Below are positions 17,515-26,921 of a stretch of 64,000 nt of DNA, piece by piece. The notes under the pieces are model-generated. The model did no database searches, was not told where the DNA came from, and saw only the letters and a list, made by a program, of their open reading frames with translations. Each line of letters begins with the position of its first letter. Position 1 is the first letter of the stretch. A program made the position numbers and the translations under genes. Origin of the DNA: a virus; the IMG/VR virus record IMGVR_UViG_3300022204_000004, positions 1 through 64,000 of that record. The stretch is one strand, 5' to 3'.

Positions 17515-18571
17515 CTAAATCCTCACCTTGTGAAACCGGTGGTTGTGGAACCAAAGGAGTTGGTGGTGCGAATTGTGGTTGTGGAACAGCTTGTGGCTGT
17601 GGAACAGATTGTGGAGCTGGTGGAACTGCTTGAGGTGCAGGTGGAACAGGTGGAACAGGAGCGGGAACTACGGGTGCTTCAAAACGAGCATAACCGTTGT
17701 CTACCATTTGCTGAACAGTCCAATTACTGTTTGCAAGTTGCTCTTGCGTGTACTCATTACTTAACCAAACTAATTTTGGTCCAGCCTGTGGAACTGCTTG
17801 TGGCACCGATGGTGCTTGTGGCATTCTTTGAGCGGGTTGTGGAGCACTTTTAGGTATTTGCGGAGCTGAAGGAGTAGTAGTACCATCCCATTCAGCTTTT
17901 GGTGCAAATTTACCACCTCTTGAAGCATATTCTTTAGCTTCATTGCTTTCCATGATTTTATCTCTTATAAAATCAGGCAACTTACTGAAAGTTTCAGATT
18001 GAAAACAGTTGCCTTGTGGATCTATAAGAAATCCAACCAAGTCATTGTGACGTTTAATCAAAGACCAATCAATAGCATACATCTGTTTTACATGCTCAGT
18101 TAAACCCTGAACAGTGGTAATTTTGTTGTAAATCTTTGTTGGGTCTTTTTTAGACACTTGGTCAACAATATTAACCATTACTACTTTGCCCAAGAATTGA
18201 CCTATGTCAAATCCTTTAAGGTATTCATGTGGTTGAAGTGTTCTACCAAGAATGCCATCGGCAATCTTTTTAAGAGTAGATTTTTCAGCCATTTGAAAAG
18301 TCGGTTCCATACTGACTACAGTAGGGCGTGGTTCCGTATCATCAACATTAAATAACTGCATCTTTAGAGGAAATTCAAAAGACAATCTCAATAAGTGAGT
18401 GGTCTTTTTGAAATGCTCATTATAATGCGTTCCTAAATCAATCATAGAATATAAGATACCAACATTTGGTCCTACTTCTAATCTTTGTACGTCATCTCTT
18501 CTTTTGCTCATTTGGGCAGGTGCCGTCATTGCAAATCCATTTTGGGGCGTCTGTGCGCTTTGTGTATTCAT
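17498..18571 (-). CDS. Phage single-stranded DNA-binding protein (NGO0469-like) with Pro-rich linker and acidic tail
   Basis: MIDLGTH...SFEFP N-terminal domain; P/Q/A-rich linker; C-terminal DLDEVEF resembles the SSB DDDIPF tail. Confidence 0.65.
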   Translation of the reverse strand: MNTQSAQTPQNGFAMTAPAQMSKRRDDVQRLEVGPNVGILYSMIDLGTHYNEHFKKTTHLLRLSFEFPLKMQLFNVDDTEPRPTVVSMEPTFQMAEKSTLKKIADGILGRTLQPHEYLKGFDIGQFLGKVVMVNIVDQVSKKDPTKIYNKITTVQGLTEHVKQMYAIDWSLIKRHNDLVGFLIDPQGNCFQSETFSKLPDFIRDKIMESNEAKEYASRGGKFAPKAEWDGTTTPSAPQIPKSAPQPAQRMPQAPSVPQAVPQAGPKLVWLSNEYTQEQLANSNWTVQQMVDNGYARFEAPVVPAPVPPVPPAPQAVPPAPQSVPQPQAVPQPQFAPPTPLVPQPPVSQGEDLDEVEF

Positions 18572-18573
18572 AA

Positions 18574-18921
18574 TTAAAGTTTTATAAATTTTTCTAAAAA
18601 CATTTTCTTGTCGCGTAAACTCACCATAAAACCTATCTCTAGGAAAAAATATGAGTACACGCTTATCTTTCTTTTTTTCTTTCGGATACTAACTGTTTGG
18701 TCTATTTCATATAGTATATCTATTAAATAATTAGTAATTAACTCATAAGCTAACAAATAGCTGACACGCGTAGAAGTAGCCGTTTCAGATACGTGGTTGA
18801 TAAATTCTTGTTGAGAGAATACATCAGATTCCAAATATTCTTTAACAGCATCTCTATTAGCAAATTGTCTTACGCTTTTGCTTTCAAAAAACTTTATGTA
18901 GGGCTTAACACTCTTGAACAT
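18574..18921 (-). CDS. Degenerate HU/IHF-like protein
   Basis: Helix-helix then 'KISVYSYFFLEI' strand pattern; tandem with the HU gene. Confidence 0.35.
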   Translation of the reverse strand: MFKSVKPYIKFFESKSVRQFANRDAVKEYLESDVFSQQEFINHVSETATSTRVSYLLAYELITNYLIDILYEIDQTVSIRKKKRKISVYSYFFLEIGFMVSLRDKKMFLEKFIKL

Positions 18922-19209
18922 TTAATAAACTGTTTTGTCCTTAAGTTGATCAGCCATTTTCTTTGAAGGTCTAAAGCTTAAATAAAAAGACTTTTTGCTC
19001 ATTTCTGTTTTACCTGTTTTTAAATGCAGAAAAGGTCTGGGCTTTCTAATTCTTAATTTAAAAATCCCTATTTCCCTTAACGACACCTCACAACCAAAAA
19101 CCAATTTGTTTTTTAGTCGCTTTGTCAGGAATGTTATAATTTTTCTTGATTGCCTTTCGGAGAACCCGAACTCTTCTGATAAGTCTTTGGTGAAATCTGT
19201 AAAATTCAT
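18922..19209 (-). CDS. HU/IHF family DNA-binding protein
   Basis: MNFTDFTKDLSEE...VSLREIGIFKLRIRKPR...LSFRPSKKM. Start moved to 19209, just downstream of the promoter. Confidence 0.85.
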   Translation of the reverse strand: MNFTDFTKDLSEEFGFSERQSRKIITFLTKRLKNKLVFGCEVSLREIGIFKLRIRKPRPFLHLKTGKTEMSKKSFYLSFRPSKKMADQLKDKTVY

Positions 19210-19225
19210 ATAATAAGCTTTTTTA

Positions 19226-19233
19226 CAAATGTA
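19226..19233 (-). promoter_or_regulatory. Bacteroidota housekeeping-sigma -7 element (TACATTTG) for the HU operon
   Basis: Matches TAnnTTTG, 16 nt before the ATG. Confidence 0.65.
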
Positions 19234-19274
19234 ACAAAATAATAGTACCATAGTGTTGTTTTAAAATATTATAC

Positions 19275-19282
19275 TATATTTG
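19275..19282 (+). promoter_or_regulatory. -7 element TATATTTG, divergent, with no + strand gene downstream
   Basis: Matches TAnnTTTG in intergenic DNA. Confidence 0.55.
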
Positions 19283-19286
19283 TCAA

Positions 19287-19402
19287 GAAGTTTTCTACAA
19301 AAATCGTTTCAGAGAGTTAGGGCCTCTTGCTTACAAACGGTTACTTCGTTTACATAACTGCATTGGGAAAAGAGCTATTTCGTAAGATTTAGCTCTTTTT
19401 TT
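19287..19402 (+). ncRNA. Candidate ~115-nt small RNA
   Basis: Promoter, then internal hairpin (TCGTTT...AAACGG), then terminator AAAAGAGCTA...TAGCTCTTTTTTT. Confidence 0.4.
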
Positions 19403-19530
19403 TCAATTACCAATTCATTAGGCAAAGCGAACAAAGCAATCCTATAACATCGTTTTTCAAACTCTTCCTTGGATTCATCTGGATAGCTAATAATAGAACC
19501 TCCTTGATAGCCTAAACTTGCTTTAAACAT
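19375..19530 (-). CDS. Small hypothetical protein (51 aa)
   Basis: Read by hand: MFKASLGYQGGSIISYPDESKEEFEKRCYRIALFALPNELVIEKKELNLTK*; its start overlaps the end of the MTase gene. Confidence 0.5.
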   Translation of the reverse strand: MFKASLGYQGGSIISYPDESKEEFEKRCYRIALFALPNELVIEKKELNLTK

Positions 19531-20407
19531 TTTTATCTATCACAATGACTTTAGCACCTACAAGGGTTCCTGAAGATTTAAACGAACCTCTTTCGATGTC
19601 CATGATATGTGCACCAACAGATTGAAGCCAATATCTAAAATCAGATTCTTTTTGATTATTGGAAATTTCCCAATGTTCTGAAGCTACGGAAACCAATCTA
19701 CCATTATTTTCAAGACGATCGTACATATGTTGTATGTGGTCAATGTCCTGATTTTTTGTAAATGGTGGATTAGCTATAATCCTATCAAACTTACTACCAC
19801 TCCATTCAAGAAAGTCAAACTCTCGTTTTATTACAACGTCTTTATGTTGATATTTCTCTTTAAGGATTTCTGTGTTGGTTCCCATTAATTCTATAGCAAA
19901 AATCTCACGATTGCCATGTCTTCTATGGATTGCATCAATAATGGCTCCCTGACCGGCACTTGGTTCAAGAACTGTTGACCAAGGCAGAATATCGGCAAGT
20001 TCTACAAGCCAATCAGCAATTTCATCAGGAGTTTCAAAGAACTGAAATTCTTTCTTTAGATTGATTTTCTCGCCATTTTGAACCCTACCGAGTAACTCAC
20101 TAGGGTCTGTTGGAAATACGTGTGCTTTGGCACTTCTATTCCATTTACCGCCTATACCAACAAGTGCTTTGTTTACTTGTTGATATAAGGCTCTGTCTAA
20201 TTGTTGTGGTAGGTAAACATTGTTACCCTCGATGCGACATGCATCAAATACTTCCTGCGTTGTTTGCATTTTTTTATTTATTAAAAAAGTTAAATAGCTA
20301 GGGAAAGAGTCGCCTTTATTATATCCCAATACCTTGATTTGGTATTCTCGTTCTGCGATAAGCTCAAGTAATGACTTGCCTATACAAATTTCTTCATATT
20401 CAGTCAT
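19523..20407 (-). CDS. Orphan N6-adenine DNA methyltransferase
   Basis: FQFFETP, VLEPSAGQGAI (motif I), IIANPPF (motif IV). Confidence 0.85.
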   Translation of the reverse strand: MTEYEEICIGKSLLELIAEREYQIKVLGYNKGDSFPSYLTFLINKKMQTTQEVFDACRIEGNNVYLPQQLDRALYQQVNKALVGIGGKWNRSAKAHVFPTDPSELLGRVQNGEKINLKKEFQFFETPDEIADWLVELADILPWSTVLEPSAGQGAIIDAIHRRHGNREIFAIELMGTNTEILKEKYQHKDVVIKREFDFLEWSGSKFDRIIANPPFTKNQDIDHIQHMYDRLENNGRLVSVASEHWEISNNQKESDFRYWLQSVGAHIMDIERGSFKSSGTLVGAKVIVIDKNV

Positions 20408-20535
20408 TACCTTAAAGCTTTTATAGTTTCCTTAATCAATTCTATAGCTACAGATTTTACGTCTACATGGCTGTTGAATTTATAAGCCGATTCTATTGTA
20501 ACTCGCTTATCTTTAAATTCTACTACTATTCTCAT
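20407..20535 (-). CDS. Small hypothetical protein (42 aa)
   Basis: Read by hand: MRIVVEFKDKRVTIESAYKFNSHVDVKSVAIELIKETIKALR*; fills the gap exactly. Confidence 0.55.
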   Translation of the reverse strand: MRIVVEFKDKRVTIESAYKFNSHVDVKSVAIELIKETIKALR

Positions 20536-20537
20536 TT

Positions 20538-22022
20538 TTAGAATGGTACATTATTGTCCTTATCAGGAACGTTAAGTGATATTTGATTGCTTTGAGGTGG
20601 TGGTGGTGGAACCTTTGCACTTGGTGCTGTTACAGGAATGATGTCATAAGAGCCAGTATAACTGTAAGCACTTATGGTCATTTGAATAGCATCCAAAAAT
20701 ATGTGAATGGTTGTTGTACCCAAATCTCTACCTTTTGCAAATATGAATTCAGTATGGAAAAGTTCAGAATAAGGAATTGTCGCTCCGGGCAAGTCCTTGT
20801 CATAATAAGCTTGTCTATAAAGGAATACTGCAATATCTGCATCTTCCTCAATACTTCCCGATTCTTTTAGATCCGATAGCATTGGTCTTTTATTATGTCT
20901 GCTTTCCACACTTCTGTTAAGCTGAGATAATGCTATGACGGGAATATAATTTTCCTTTGCCATAGACTTACATTCCCTTGAAATAAGAGTTATCAGTATT
21001 CTGGGATCCATTTTACCTTCTTCCGATTTACATCTTTGAATGTAATCTATGAATACGGCTTTGACCCCTTTATCCCTGACATACTCTTCGGTCTTTCTTG
21101 AAATTTCCTCAATGGTCGTTACTTTGTCCAATATGAAGAAATACAAGCTGTCATCAATGAACTTGCTACAAGCTTCTACTCGTTGCAGTTCTTCGTCTGT
21201 AAGCATTCCTGCTTTTATTTTCTTATACGGTATCTTTGTCTCTAATGATATTATTTTAGATTTTAATTGATTCTTAGGCATTTCCAAAGAAAAGAACAGT
21301 ACGGGATTTCCCAACTTGGAAGTTTCCCAAGCGGATATAAGAGCAAAAGTTGTCTTACCCATACCCGGTCTTCCCGCAAGAATAATCAGTTCGCCAGGTG
21401 AATAACCACTCATGAAATCATCAATGACCTCAACAGTGGTCGAAACCCCAACGGATTGTCCTACTCTTTGTTTTGCTACTTTTTGCCTAATTTCAGCGTT
21501 ATAATCGTTTTCCTCTACGGTTTCGTTTCTCTTTAGGTTAATGGTCATTCTCTCGAACAGACTATTGTATTCAGCAATAATATTATCGCTTACCTGAAGA
21601 ACATCTCTACCGTTCCAATTTCCATAAAGCACATCATGAGCATTCCAATTCCAAAAGTCCATTATTACGTATTGCTTTAAAATAAAAATATCATGTTCCA
21701 AAGTGTTTATGGAATATGTACCAGCAAAAAGAACTTTAGCCAATTCAATTTCAAACTCTTTGTAATTATTCAATCTGTATTTCTCAGGTCTAAACTGACC
21801 AACAGCAACAACCGTAGGAACGGCATTTTGTTTATAGCACTCAAAGATCGCAGAACAAATGTCCTTATGGGCTTCTAATCTAAAATCCTTAACCCTAACG
21901 TTATGTGCTTCAACTATACTCCTTACCTCAGTATCTCGGTCAACATTCATTATTGTACCAAGTATCTGTGCCTCGACTTGATATCGATGGTCGATATCAT
22001 AGTTGTTATATTCATTTATCAT
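20538..22022 (-). CDS. dnaB: Replicative DNA helicase, DnaB family
   Basis: AGRPGMGKT, FSLEM, FIDYIQ, SQLNR, SDLKESGSIEEDAD; N-terminal EAQILG domain. Confidence 0.95.
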   Translation of the reverse strand: MINEYNNYDIDHRYQVEAQILGTIMNVDRDTEVRSIVEAHNVRVKDFRLEAHKDICSAIFECYKQNAVPTVVAVGQFRPEKYRLNNYKEFEIELAKVLFAGTYSINTLEHDIFILKQYVIMDFWNWNAHDVLYGNWNGRDVLQVSDNIIAEYNSLFERMTINLKRNETVEENDYNAEIRQKVAKQRVGQSVGVSTTVEVIDDFMSGYSPGELIILAGRPGMGKTTFALISAWETSKLGNPVLFFSLEMPKNQLKSKIISLETKIPYKKIKAGMLTDEELQRVEACSKFIDDSLYFFILDKVTTIEEISRKTEEYVRDKGVKAVFIDYIQRCKSEEGKMDPRILITLISRECKSMAKENYIPVIALSQLNRSVESRHNKRPMLSDLKESGSIEEDADIAVFLYRQAYYDKDLPGATIPYSELFHTEFIFAKGRDLGTTTIHIFLDAIQMTISAYSYTGSYDIIPVTAPSAKVPPPPPQSNQISLNVPDKDNNVPF

Positions 22023-22030
22023 CTCATAGT

Positions 22031-22279
22031 TTATTTGTATTTATGATATTGGCATCTGTAATTACCTTTATCGGTTATTTTATAATTCCAATTCCAACAT
22101 GAACGGATGAGTTTCTCTCTATAAAACATAGAAACATCACCAATACTATTGTGGCGACTATATTGACAGACACGTTTCCAAAACTGTTTAAGAGTTTCTT
22201 CTTTGTATTTGTAATACCTTATTCTCATATTACCAAAATTTGCATGATAATCTAAGTCCTTGTCATCATTCTGGTTCAT
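22031..22279 (-). CDS. Hypothetical protein
   Basis: Operon packing between ThiF and DnaB. Confidence 0.5.
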   Translation of the reverse strand: MNQNDDKDLDYHANFGNMRIRYYKYKEETLKQFWKRVCQYSRHNSIGDVSMFYREKLIRSCWNWNYKITDKGNYRCQYHKYK

Positions 22280-23013
22280 ATCTTATTTGTTTTAACGTTA
22301 ATAGGATTTAAGCTAAAATATATCTGACTTTGCAGTATATTGAAATCAAGCAACAGTGATGACAGCATTTCTAAAGCATACACGCCTGTCAGCTTGTTTA
22401 TCATAAAGCTTTGCTCTCTAAGTGAAGCACGAAGAGAACAGCTTGGTTCGTTGACCTTATCTTCCATATTTGGGTGTAGGTCAATAATACTTGGTAATAT
22501 CATTTTTGTTTCTTTACCATAGGCACTTAAAATTATTTGTCCATAATCTCTTGAATTACCACAATCAATCCAATAATGTGTTCTTTGTTGACCATGATAA
22601 TTCCCTTTTTTGCCATTTTTCTTAATGGCTTTATCAATTATCTTTCTTGTCCTGACATTATCAACACAAGAAATAACAATGTTATATTTATCTCTTTCCA
22701 AATCTTCACCTGAAAAGGTTTCATTTCTAAATTCCACATCTGTTCCATAGGCTCTATTGACCCTATTGACCAATGTTTCGGCTTTTGATTTACCAATGTC
22801 AGAGGGAAAGAATTTCTGCCTACCAACATTATGTTCTTCTACAATATCATCATCATAGACAATGATTTTCAGTTCCTTTCTGTCAAGTATCTTCAATGTA
22901 TTTGACAAAGACACCAATTCGGGAAGAACAAAGCTTCCGGTTCCACCCACACCTACAAGAACAACCGTTATTCTATGTACGGGATTTACGATATAATCAC
23001 TTGTGCACAACAT
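22276..23013 (-). CDS. PRTRC system ThiF-family (E1-like) protein
   Basis: GVGGTGS, DDDIVEEHNVGRQ, CVDN, DCGN and PSCS (putative catalytic Cys). True start is MLCTSDY at 23013. Confidence 0.9.
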   Translation of the reverse strand: MLCTSDYIVNPVHRITVVLVGVGGTGSFVLPELVSLSNTLKILDRKELKIIVYDDDIVEEHNVGRQKFFPSDIGKSKAETLVNRVNRAYGTDVEFRNETFSGEDLERDKYNIVISCVDNVRTRKIIDKAIKKNGKKGNYHGQQRTHYWIDCGNSRDYGQIILSAYGKETKMILPSIIDLHPNMEDKVNEPSCSLRASLREQSFMINKLTGVYALEMLSSLLLDFNILQSQIYFSLNPINVKTNKI

Positions 23014-23698
23014 TTCTAAGATATTTATTAAGTGGCAACAGTTCTTTTGATGGAAACCGTGTTTGGTTTTCGTCTTTGATAAGACTTTCCAATAACGGTA
23101 GAGTTGGAGATTTCGTTCTTCCAGCAGCGTAATCTGTAGTGAATGTTGAATTGAAGAAACCATCTTCAACCATTCTCATTATTTTTTCATAGCTGTTGTT
23201 GGAAGTGAAATTCTTAATATCCATAGTTCCCCAACATAAGTTTTCGTCTTTCTTAATGTTAGGAAAAGGAGCTTGGAACAAAGGCGTATATTCATCGATA
23301 TTTGTTGTCTTTACAGCATAGATATAAAGCTCATTGTTGCTCAATCTAAATATCAAATGAGGATAGAACAATCTTCCCTTTACCTTTTTGTACTTAATTT
23401 TTCTGAGCATACCTTTACAAAACCAAGTAATTCTTGGAGATAAGGCATTTGGATCAAAGTGAAGTACATTTCTTGGTATCATTCCCGTAAAGACAATCTT
23501 TCGGTCTTCACTTTTGACCAATTTTGTCTTTACTGTATTGAATAGTTGGTCTAATGCTTCATAAGAAACAGGTTTGTAGCTTTGAGCCACATCGTTTACT
23601 ATTTCAGCATATTCAGTATAAAAACCATTTCTACTCTTATAGAACACCATATTGAAGAACGGTTTTAAAGGTTCTTCGTCAATTTGTGAAACAATCAT
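22997..23698 (-). CDS. PRTRC system protein B (prokaryotic E2-like)
   Basis: YPHLIF...PLFQAPFPNI...LCWG...FFNSTFT signature; directly upstream of ThiF. Confidence 0.85.
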   Translation of the reverse strand: MIVSQIDEEPLKPFFNMVFYKSRNGFYTEYAEIVNDVAQSYKPVSYEALDQLFNTVKTKLVKSEDRKIVFTGMIPRNVLHFDPNALSPRITWFCKGMLRKIKYKKVKGRLFYPHLIFRLSNNELYIYAVKTTNIDEYTPLFQAPFPNIKKDENLCWGTMDIKNFTSNNSYEKIMRMVEDGFFNSTFTTDYAAGRTKSPTLPLLESLIKDENQTRFPSKELLPLNKYLRNVVHK

Positions 23699-24680
23699 AT
23701 TGCTTAAAGTATAATTTAGTTAATTTGTTAATTCTCTCTTTTCTGCTTTCAATAGCTTGTTTGCTTATTTCAACACCAGGTCTATATAACAATACAGAAT
23801 AAGCTCTCTCGGTTATCATGTTTTGCCCCATTTGGTCCATATTGTAATAAATGTATGAATCGTATGCAGAACCCTCAAGGTCTGTATCATATTCATATCT
23901 AAAATGAAACAAGTCCTGAAGAGCTAAATAAGTTTCTTGTCTATCTTCATCAGAAACATTCAATGGAACCATATCATTAAACTTGCAACCACTGTTAAAA
24001 CTGTCCAAGGCATCATAAATAAACTCTTTCCATTTAGGATGTTTCTTGACCATTTTTTTAACGTATTTATCATCAAATTCAAAATAATTCCCTTTAGGAA
24101 TTCTCTTGAGATAAGGTCTAATGATTTTTGTATAAATCTTATAGGCAAAGTAGTCATTGGAATGGTCTTCAAATGCATAATCACTTTTGGGATCTTGTAC
24201 TTCCCAATAGATTTCATAAGCCATTTCCATACAACTTTCATGTATATAGTTGTCAAATAGACTGTGACCACACCAATCAAGATTAGCCAATATCTTTAAA
24301 AGAAAATCTGTAAATTCTTCATCTTTCCTTTCTTTAATAAAAGCTTTGATTGGTATAGAACCACTATCATATTCATTACCGGCATCCAATCCGATAACAA
24401 ATACATTGGCCACATCTATTTCATAGGTATTGTCTTTCTTAACGATAAAACGTGAGAGCAATAAAATACAGTCATTCAAAGAATCATTTTCAAAAAGCAT
24501 AAGGTCATCAATGCTATCATCAATGTCTTTGGCAAATCGATAAAGATTTTTGATAAGACGTATTTTTTCTTCTCGGTCATGGTCTTCAAGCCAGACAACA
24601 CCTTCTTCAGCTCCTAAAGTAATACCCTTATAGAAAGGAATTACGTTAAAACTATTTCGTTTGAAGGTATTTTGTAACAT
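23679..24680 (-). CDS. PRTRC protein F-like (positional)
   Basis: Acidic ~330 aa protein immediately upstream of, and overlapping, protein B, as in Bacteroidota PRTRC cassettes. Confidence 0.45.
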   Translation of the reverse strand: MLQNTFKRNSFNVIPFYKGITLGAEEGVVWLEDHDREEKIRLIKNLYRFAKDIDDSIDDLMLFENDSLNDCILLLSRFIVKKDNTYEIDVANVFVIGLDAGNEYDSGSIPIKAFIKERKDEEFTDFLLKILANLDWCGHSLFDNYIHESCMEMAYEIYWEVQDPKSDYAFEDHSNDYFAYKIYTKIIRPYLKRIPKGNYFEFDDKYVKKMVKKHPKWKEFIYDALDSFNSGCKFNDMVPLNVSDEDRQETYLALQDLFHFRYEYDTDLEGSAYDSYIYYNMDQMGQNMITERAYSVLLYRPGVEISKQAIESRKERINKLTKLYFKQYDCFTN

Positions 24681-24802
24681 CCGTCTTTTCTTGTTTTTTG
24701 AAGCGTTCTTAATAGTTCTTCAGCATCTAAATTGCTTGCTACACAATTATCGTTTTTACTGTCTATATTCTCAATATATTCAGCTATGCTTATCTTTTTC
24801 AT
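24641..24802 (-). CDS. Small hypothetical protein (53 aa)
   Basis: Read by hand: MKKISIAEYIENIDSKNDNCVASNLDAEELLRTLQKTRKDGCYKIPSNEIVLT*. Confidence 0.5.
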   Translation of the reverse strand: MKKISIAEYIENIDSKNDNCVASNLDAEELLRTLQKTRKDGCYKIPSNEIVLT

Positions 24803-25139
24803 CTATGATTATTTTATATTCATGTATGCCTATGATTTTACCAAACGAATTATTATTAATGAGTTTATCCGTAAAGTGGTCATAAGCTTCCATATTTATA
24901 AATTCATGCCATCGAGTATCGTAAACACCATCTTTCTTAATGGTCATCTTTACTTGCACTCTATTGTTGTCTTTTACTATAATCCTCTTAAATGGAGTAT
25001 AGTTTGTATTCATCCATGAATGACCTTTTGAATGAAGAAAATCCCAAATGGCTTCATCATTCCAATCACTGTCTATTTCGTACACGAATACGTCATCAAA
25101 GTGACTATCGGTAACAAGTATGGTTATCAAATATCCCAT
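24780..25139 (-). CDS. Hypothetical protein
   Basis: Operon packing. Confidence 0.6.
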   Translation of the reverse strand: MGYLITILVTDSHFDDVFVYEIDSDWNDEAIWDFLHSKGHSWMNTNYTPFKRIIVKDNNRVQVKMTIKKDGVYDTRWHEFINMEAYDHFTDKLINNNSFGKIIGIHEYKIIIDEKDKHS

Positions 25140-25363
25140 CAGTTTTCGTTTAAAATGATTATTTGTTCTAATTCTATTAAAATATTTATCAGTTTTTCTT
25201 TAATCTGATAAAGCCTGATAACATCTTTATCGTTAATTCCCTGTTTCATTGGATCTATGTTGTCATACATCACTTTGCACTGGGCTACCATGTCTTCGCA
25301 GTCAAAGGCATTTCCTAAGCCTCCATATAATTGCGACTCTTTTTCGTTAGCTAAATTTGGCAT
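25139..25363 (-). CDS. Hypothetical protein
   Basis: TGATG-type stop/start overlap with the next gene. Confidence 0.6.
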   Translation of the reverse strand: MPNLANEKESQLYGGLGNAFDCEDMVAQCKVMYDNIDPMKQGINDKDVIRLYQIKEKLINILIELEQIIILNEN

Positions 25364-25380
25364 TTCTTTAATGATGCAAT

Positions 25381-25432
25381 AGGGATAAAAAGATACACCC
25401 CCCTAAAGGGAGGTATATCCTATCCTTATCCT
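25381..25432 (-). terminator. Long hairpin/terminator after the DUF932-like gene
   Basis: - strand GATATACCTCCC TTTA GGGGGGTGTATC TTTT. Confidence 0.65.
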
Positions 25433-25436
25433 TATA

Positions 25437-26513
25437 TTAAATTGAAGCGATTTTTCCAGCTAATTCGTCAAGCTCTTGTTTCCGTCTTTCACCAATGTCA
25501 TTGCTGACAGCTGTAATAGCTTGTGAAAGCTTCCATCTGGTAGGAGCACCTACTACACCTTGACTTGGATCACTTTGAAGTAACTTGGTCTGTACCAAGC
25601 TTGTTTCTTCTTTTGTGAATCCCATTCGTGGAAGTTTAATGATTTCCTTGTCAATGTCAATCATTTCATGACTTGCTTTATACACGTTCTGAACTGTTTC
25701 CATAATTCTGTTTGGAGACAGTACACTTACCATGATATCGTCTATAGCACTTGCCATAGCACGAGTATCTAATGTATAGGTTCGTTCACTGAAATTGATA
25801 TCGTCAGGAAGACGTTTGCCCAAATGTATCTGTTTCAGTAAAGTATCTGTAACCATACCGTTAAGACAAGCAACGTTCATTTGAAAGGCTCTTACACCTA
25901 AAGCACCATCACCATAATCACTATTGCCAATACGAGCACCAAAGACAGAATAAACGTTACCGTTATTCGGTGTCTCAATGGTATATACTCTTGGTATGAT
26001 AGTATGGATATAGCTTTTGGTTTCACTATAATAAGCATCATAAATGACTGCTCCCATATTATGACAGCCTTTGATAAAAGACTCATAAATCTCATTAGAG
26101 TTTAATCGTCTGTACTTGTCACTTAAAACAGCTCTTGTTTCATCTCCAACTGTTCTAACTAACAGTCTGTTACGGTCAATGTTTGCTGAATGTTCCGTAA
26201 GAACATTGTTTAGCAACTGTCTTCCCCAATCGCTTTCGTTTAAATAACCAACATACTTTCTTGGTATATTGAACTTATCACCTAATTGCATTAGGGCATG
26301 CGGGTGTATCTGAAATTGAGAATCATCAAAGTTCATATACATTTTTCCGTTCGCATTGAACGTAACATCCATATTGGAACCCAAGTTCACAATATAATCT
26401 GTCAATAGAGAATTGTCTCTTTCTATTCTTTCCAAAACAGATTGATTTTTCCCTGTTCGCTGACTCAATAAGTGGTCAACTTTGTTCTGAAGAATTTCTA
26501 CTTCTGCATTCAT
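25437..26513 (-). CDS. DUF932-like phage/plasmid protein
   Basis: RAVLSDKYRRLN, NSDYGDG, VACLNGM, IHLG, WKLSQAIT motifs. Confidence 0.7.
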   Translation of the reverse strand: MNAEVEILQNKVDHLLSQRTGKNQSVLERIERDNSLLTDYIVNLGSNMDVTFNANGKMYMNFDDSQFQIHPHALMQLGDKFNIPRKYVGYLNESDWGRQLLNNVLTEHSANIDRNRLLVRTVGDETRAVLSDKYRRLNSNEIYESFIKGCHNMGAVIYDAYYSETKSYIHTIIPRVYTIETPNNGNVYSVFGARIGNSDYGDGALGVRAFQMNVACLNGMVTDTLLKQIHLGKRLPDDINFSERTYTLDTRAMASAIDDIMVSVLSPNRIMETVQNVYKASHEMIDIDKEIIKLPRMGFTKEETSLVQTKLLQSDPSQGVVGAPTRWKLSQAITAVSNDIGERRKQELDELAGKIASI

Positions 26514-26515
26514 TG

Positions 26516-26731
26516 TTATTTATTTAAAGGATTAATATTAAATTGATTTTCTACAAATATCAATGCACCGTTTTCTACGGCTTCATCAATTTTGCAGTCA
26601 CATGCATTATCTTCTACATTGAGTTGCCAATCTACCTGATGACTTTCGTCATAAGCAAATACTGCATGTGTTTTCCATACTTTCTTTGCTTCTTCGGGAG
26701 TTATTTCGCTCCATGTACTATGAAATGCCAT
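26516..26731 (-). CDS. Hypothetical protein
   Basis: Operon packing. Confidence 0.6.
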   Translation of the reverse strand: MAFHSTWSEITPEEAKKVWKTHAVFAYDESHQVDWQLNVEDNACDCKIDEAVENGALIFVENQFNINPLNK

Positions 26732-26858
26732 GTTTTTGTCTTTTAAATTTCTTCATTGCTGCTTTTACTGTCGTACTCCAGCCTTTAGGCTTGTAAGAGC
26801 CATCGGTAATAAGAGTTTCAAGAAACCCTGTACGTTTGCATTTTCTGAATACTTTCAT
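26718..26858 (-). CDS. Small basic protein (46 aa)
   Basis: Read by hand: MKVFRKCKRTGFLETLITDGSYKPKGWSTTVKAAMKKFKRQKHGIS*; first ORF after the terminator. Confidence 0.55.
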   Translation of the reverse strand: MKVFRKCKRTGFLETLITDGSYKPKGWSTTVKAAMKKFKRQKHGIS

Positions 26859-26880
26859 TGTTTTTGCGAGTTATAAAATT

Positions 26881-26910
26881 AAAAAAGCCATCTGAATAAA
26901 CAAATGGCTT
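26881..26910 (-). terminator. Intrinsic terminator
   Basis: - strand AAAGCCATTTG...CAGATGGCTTTTTT. Confidence 0.75.
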
Positions 26911-26921
26911 TGTGTTAAAAC

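Noticed and set aside
23014-23169. 52-aa N-terminal extension of ThiF given by the ORF track
   Set aside because: It lies inside the protein B gene; the family-like sequence begins at MLCTSDY (23013).
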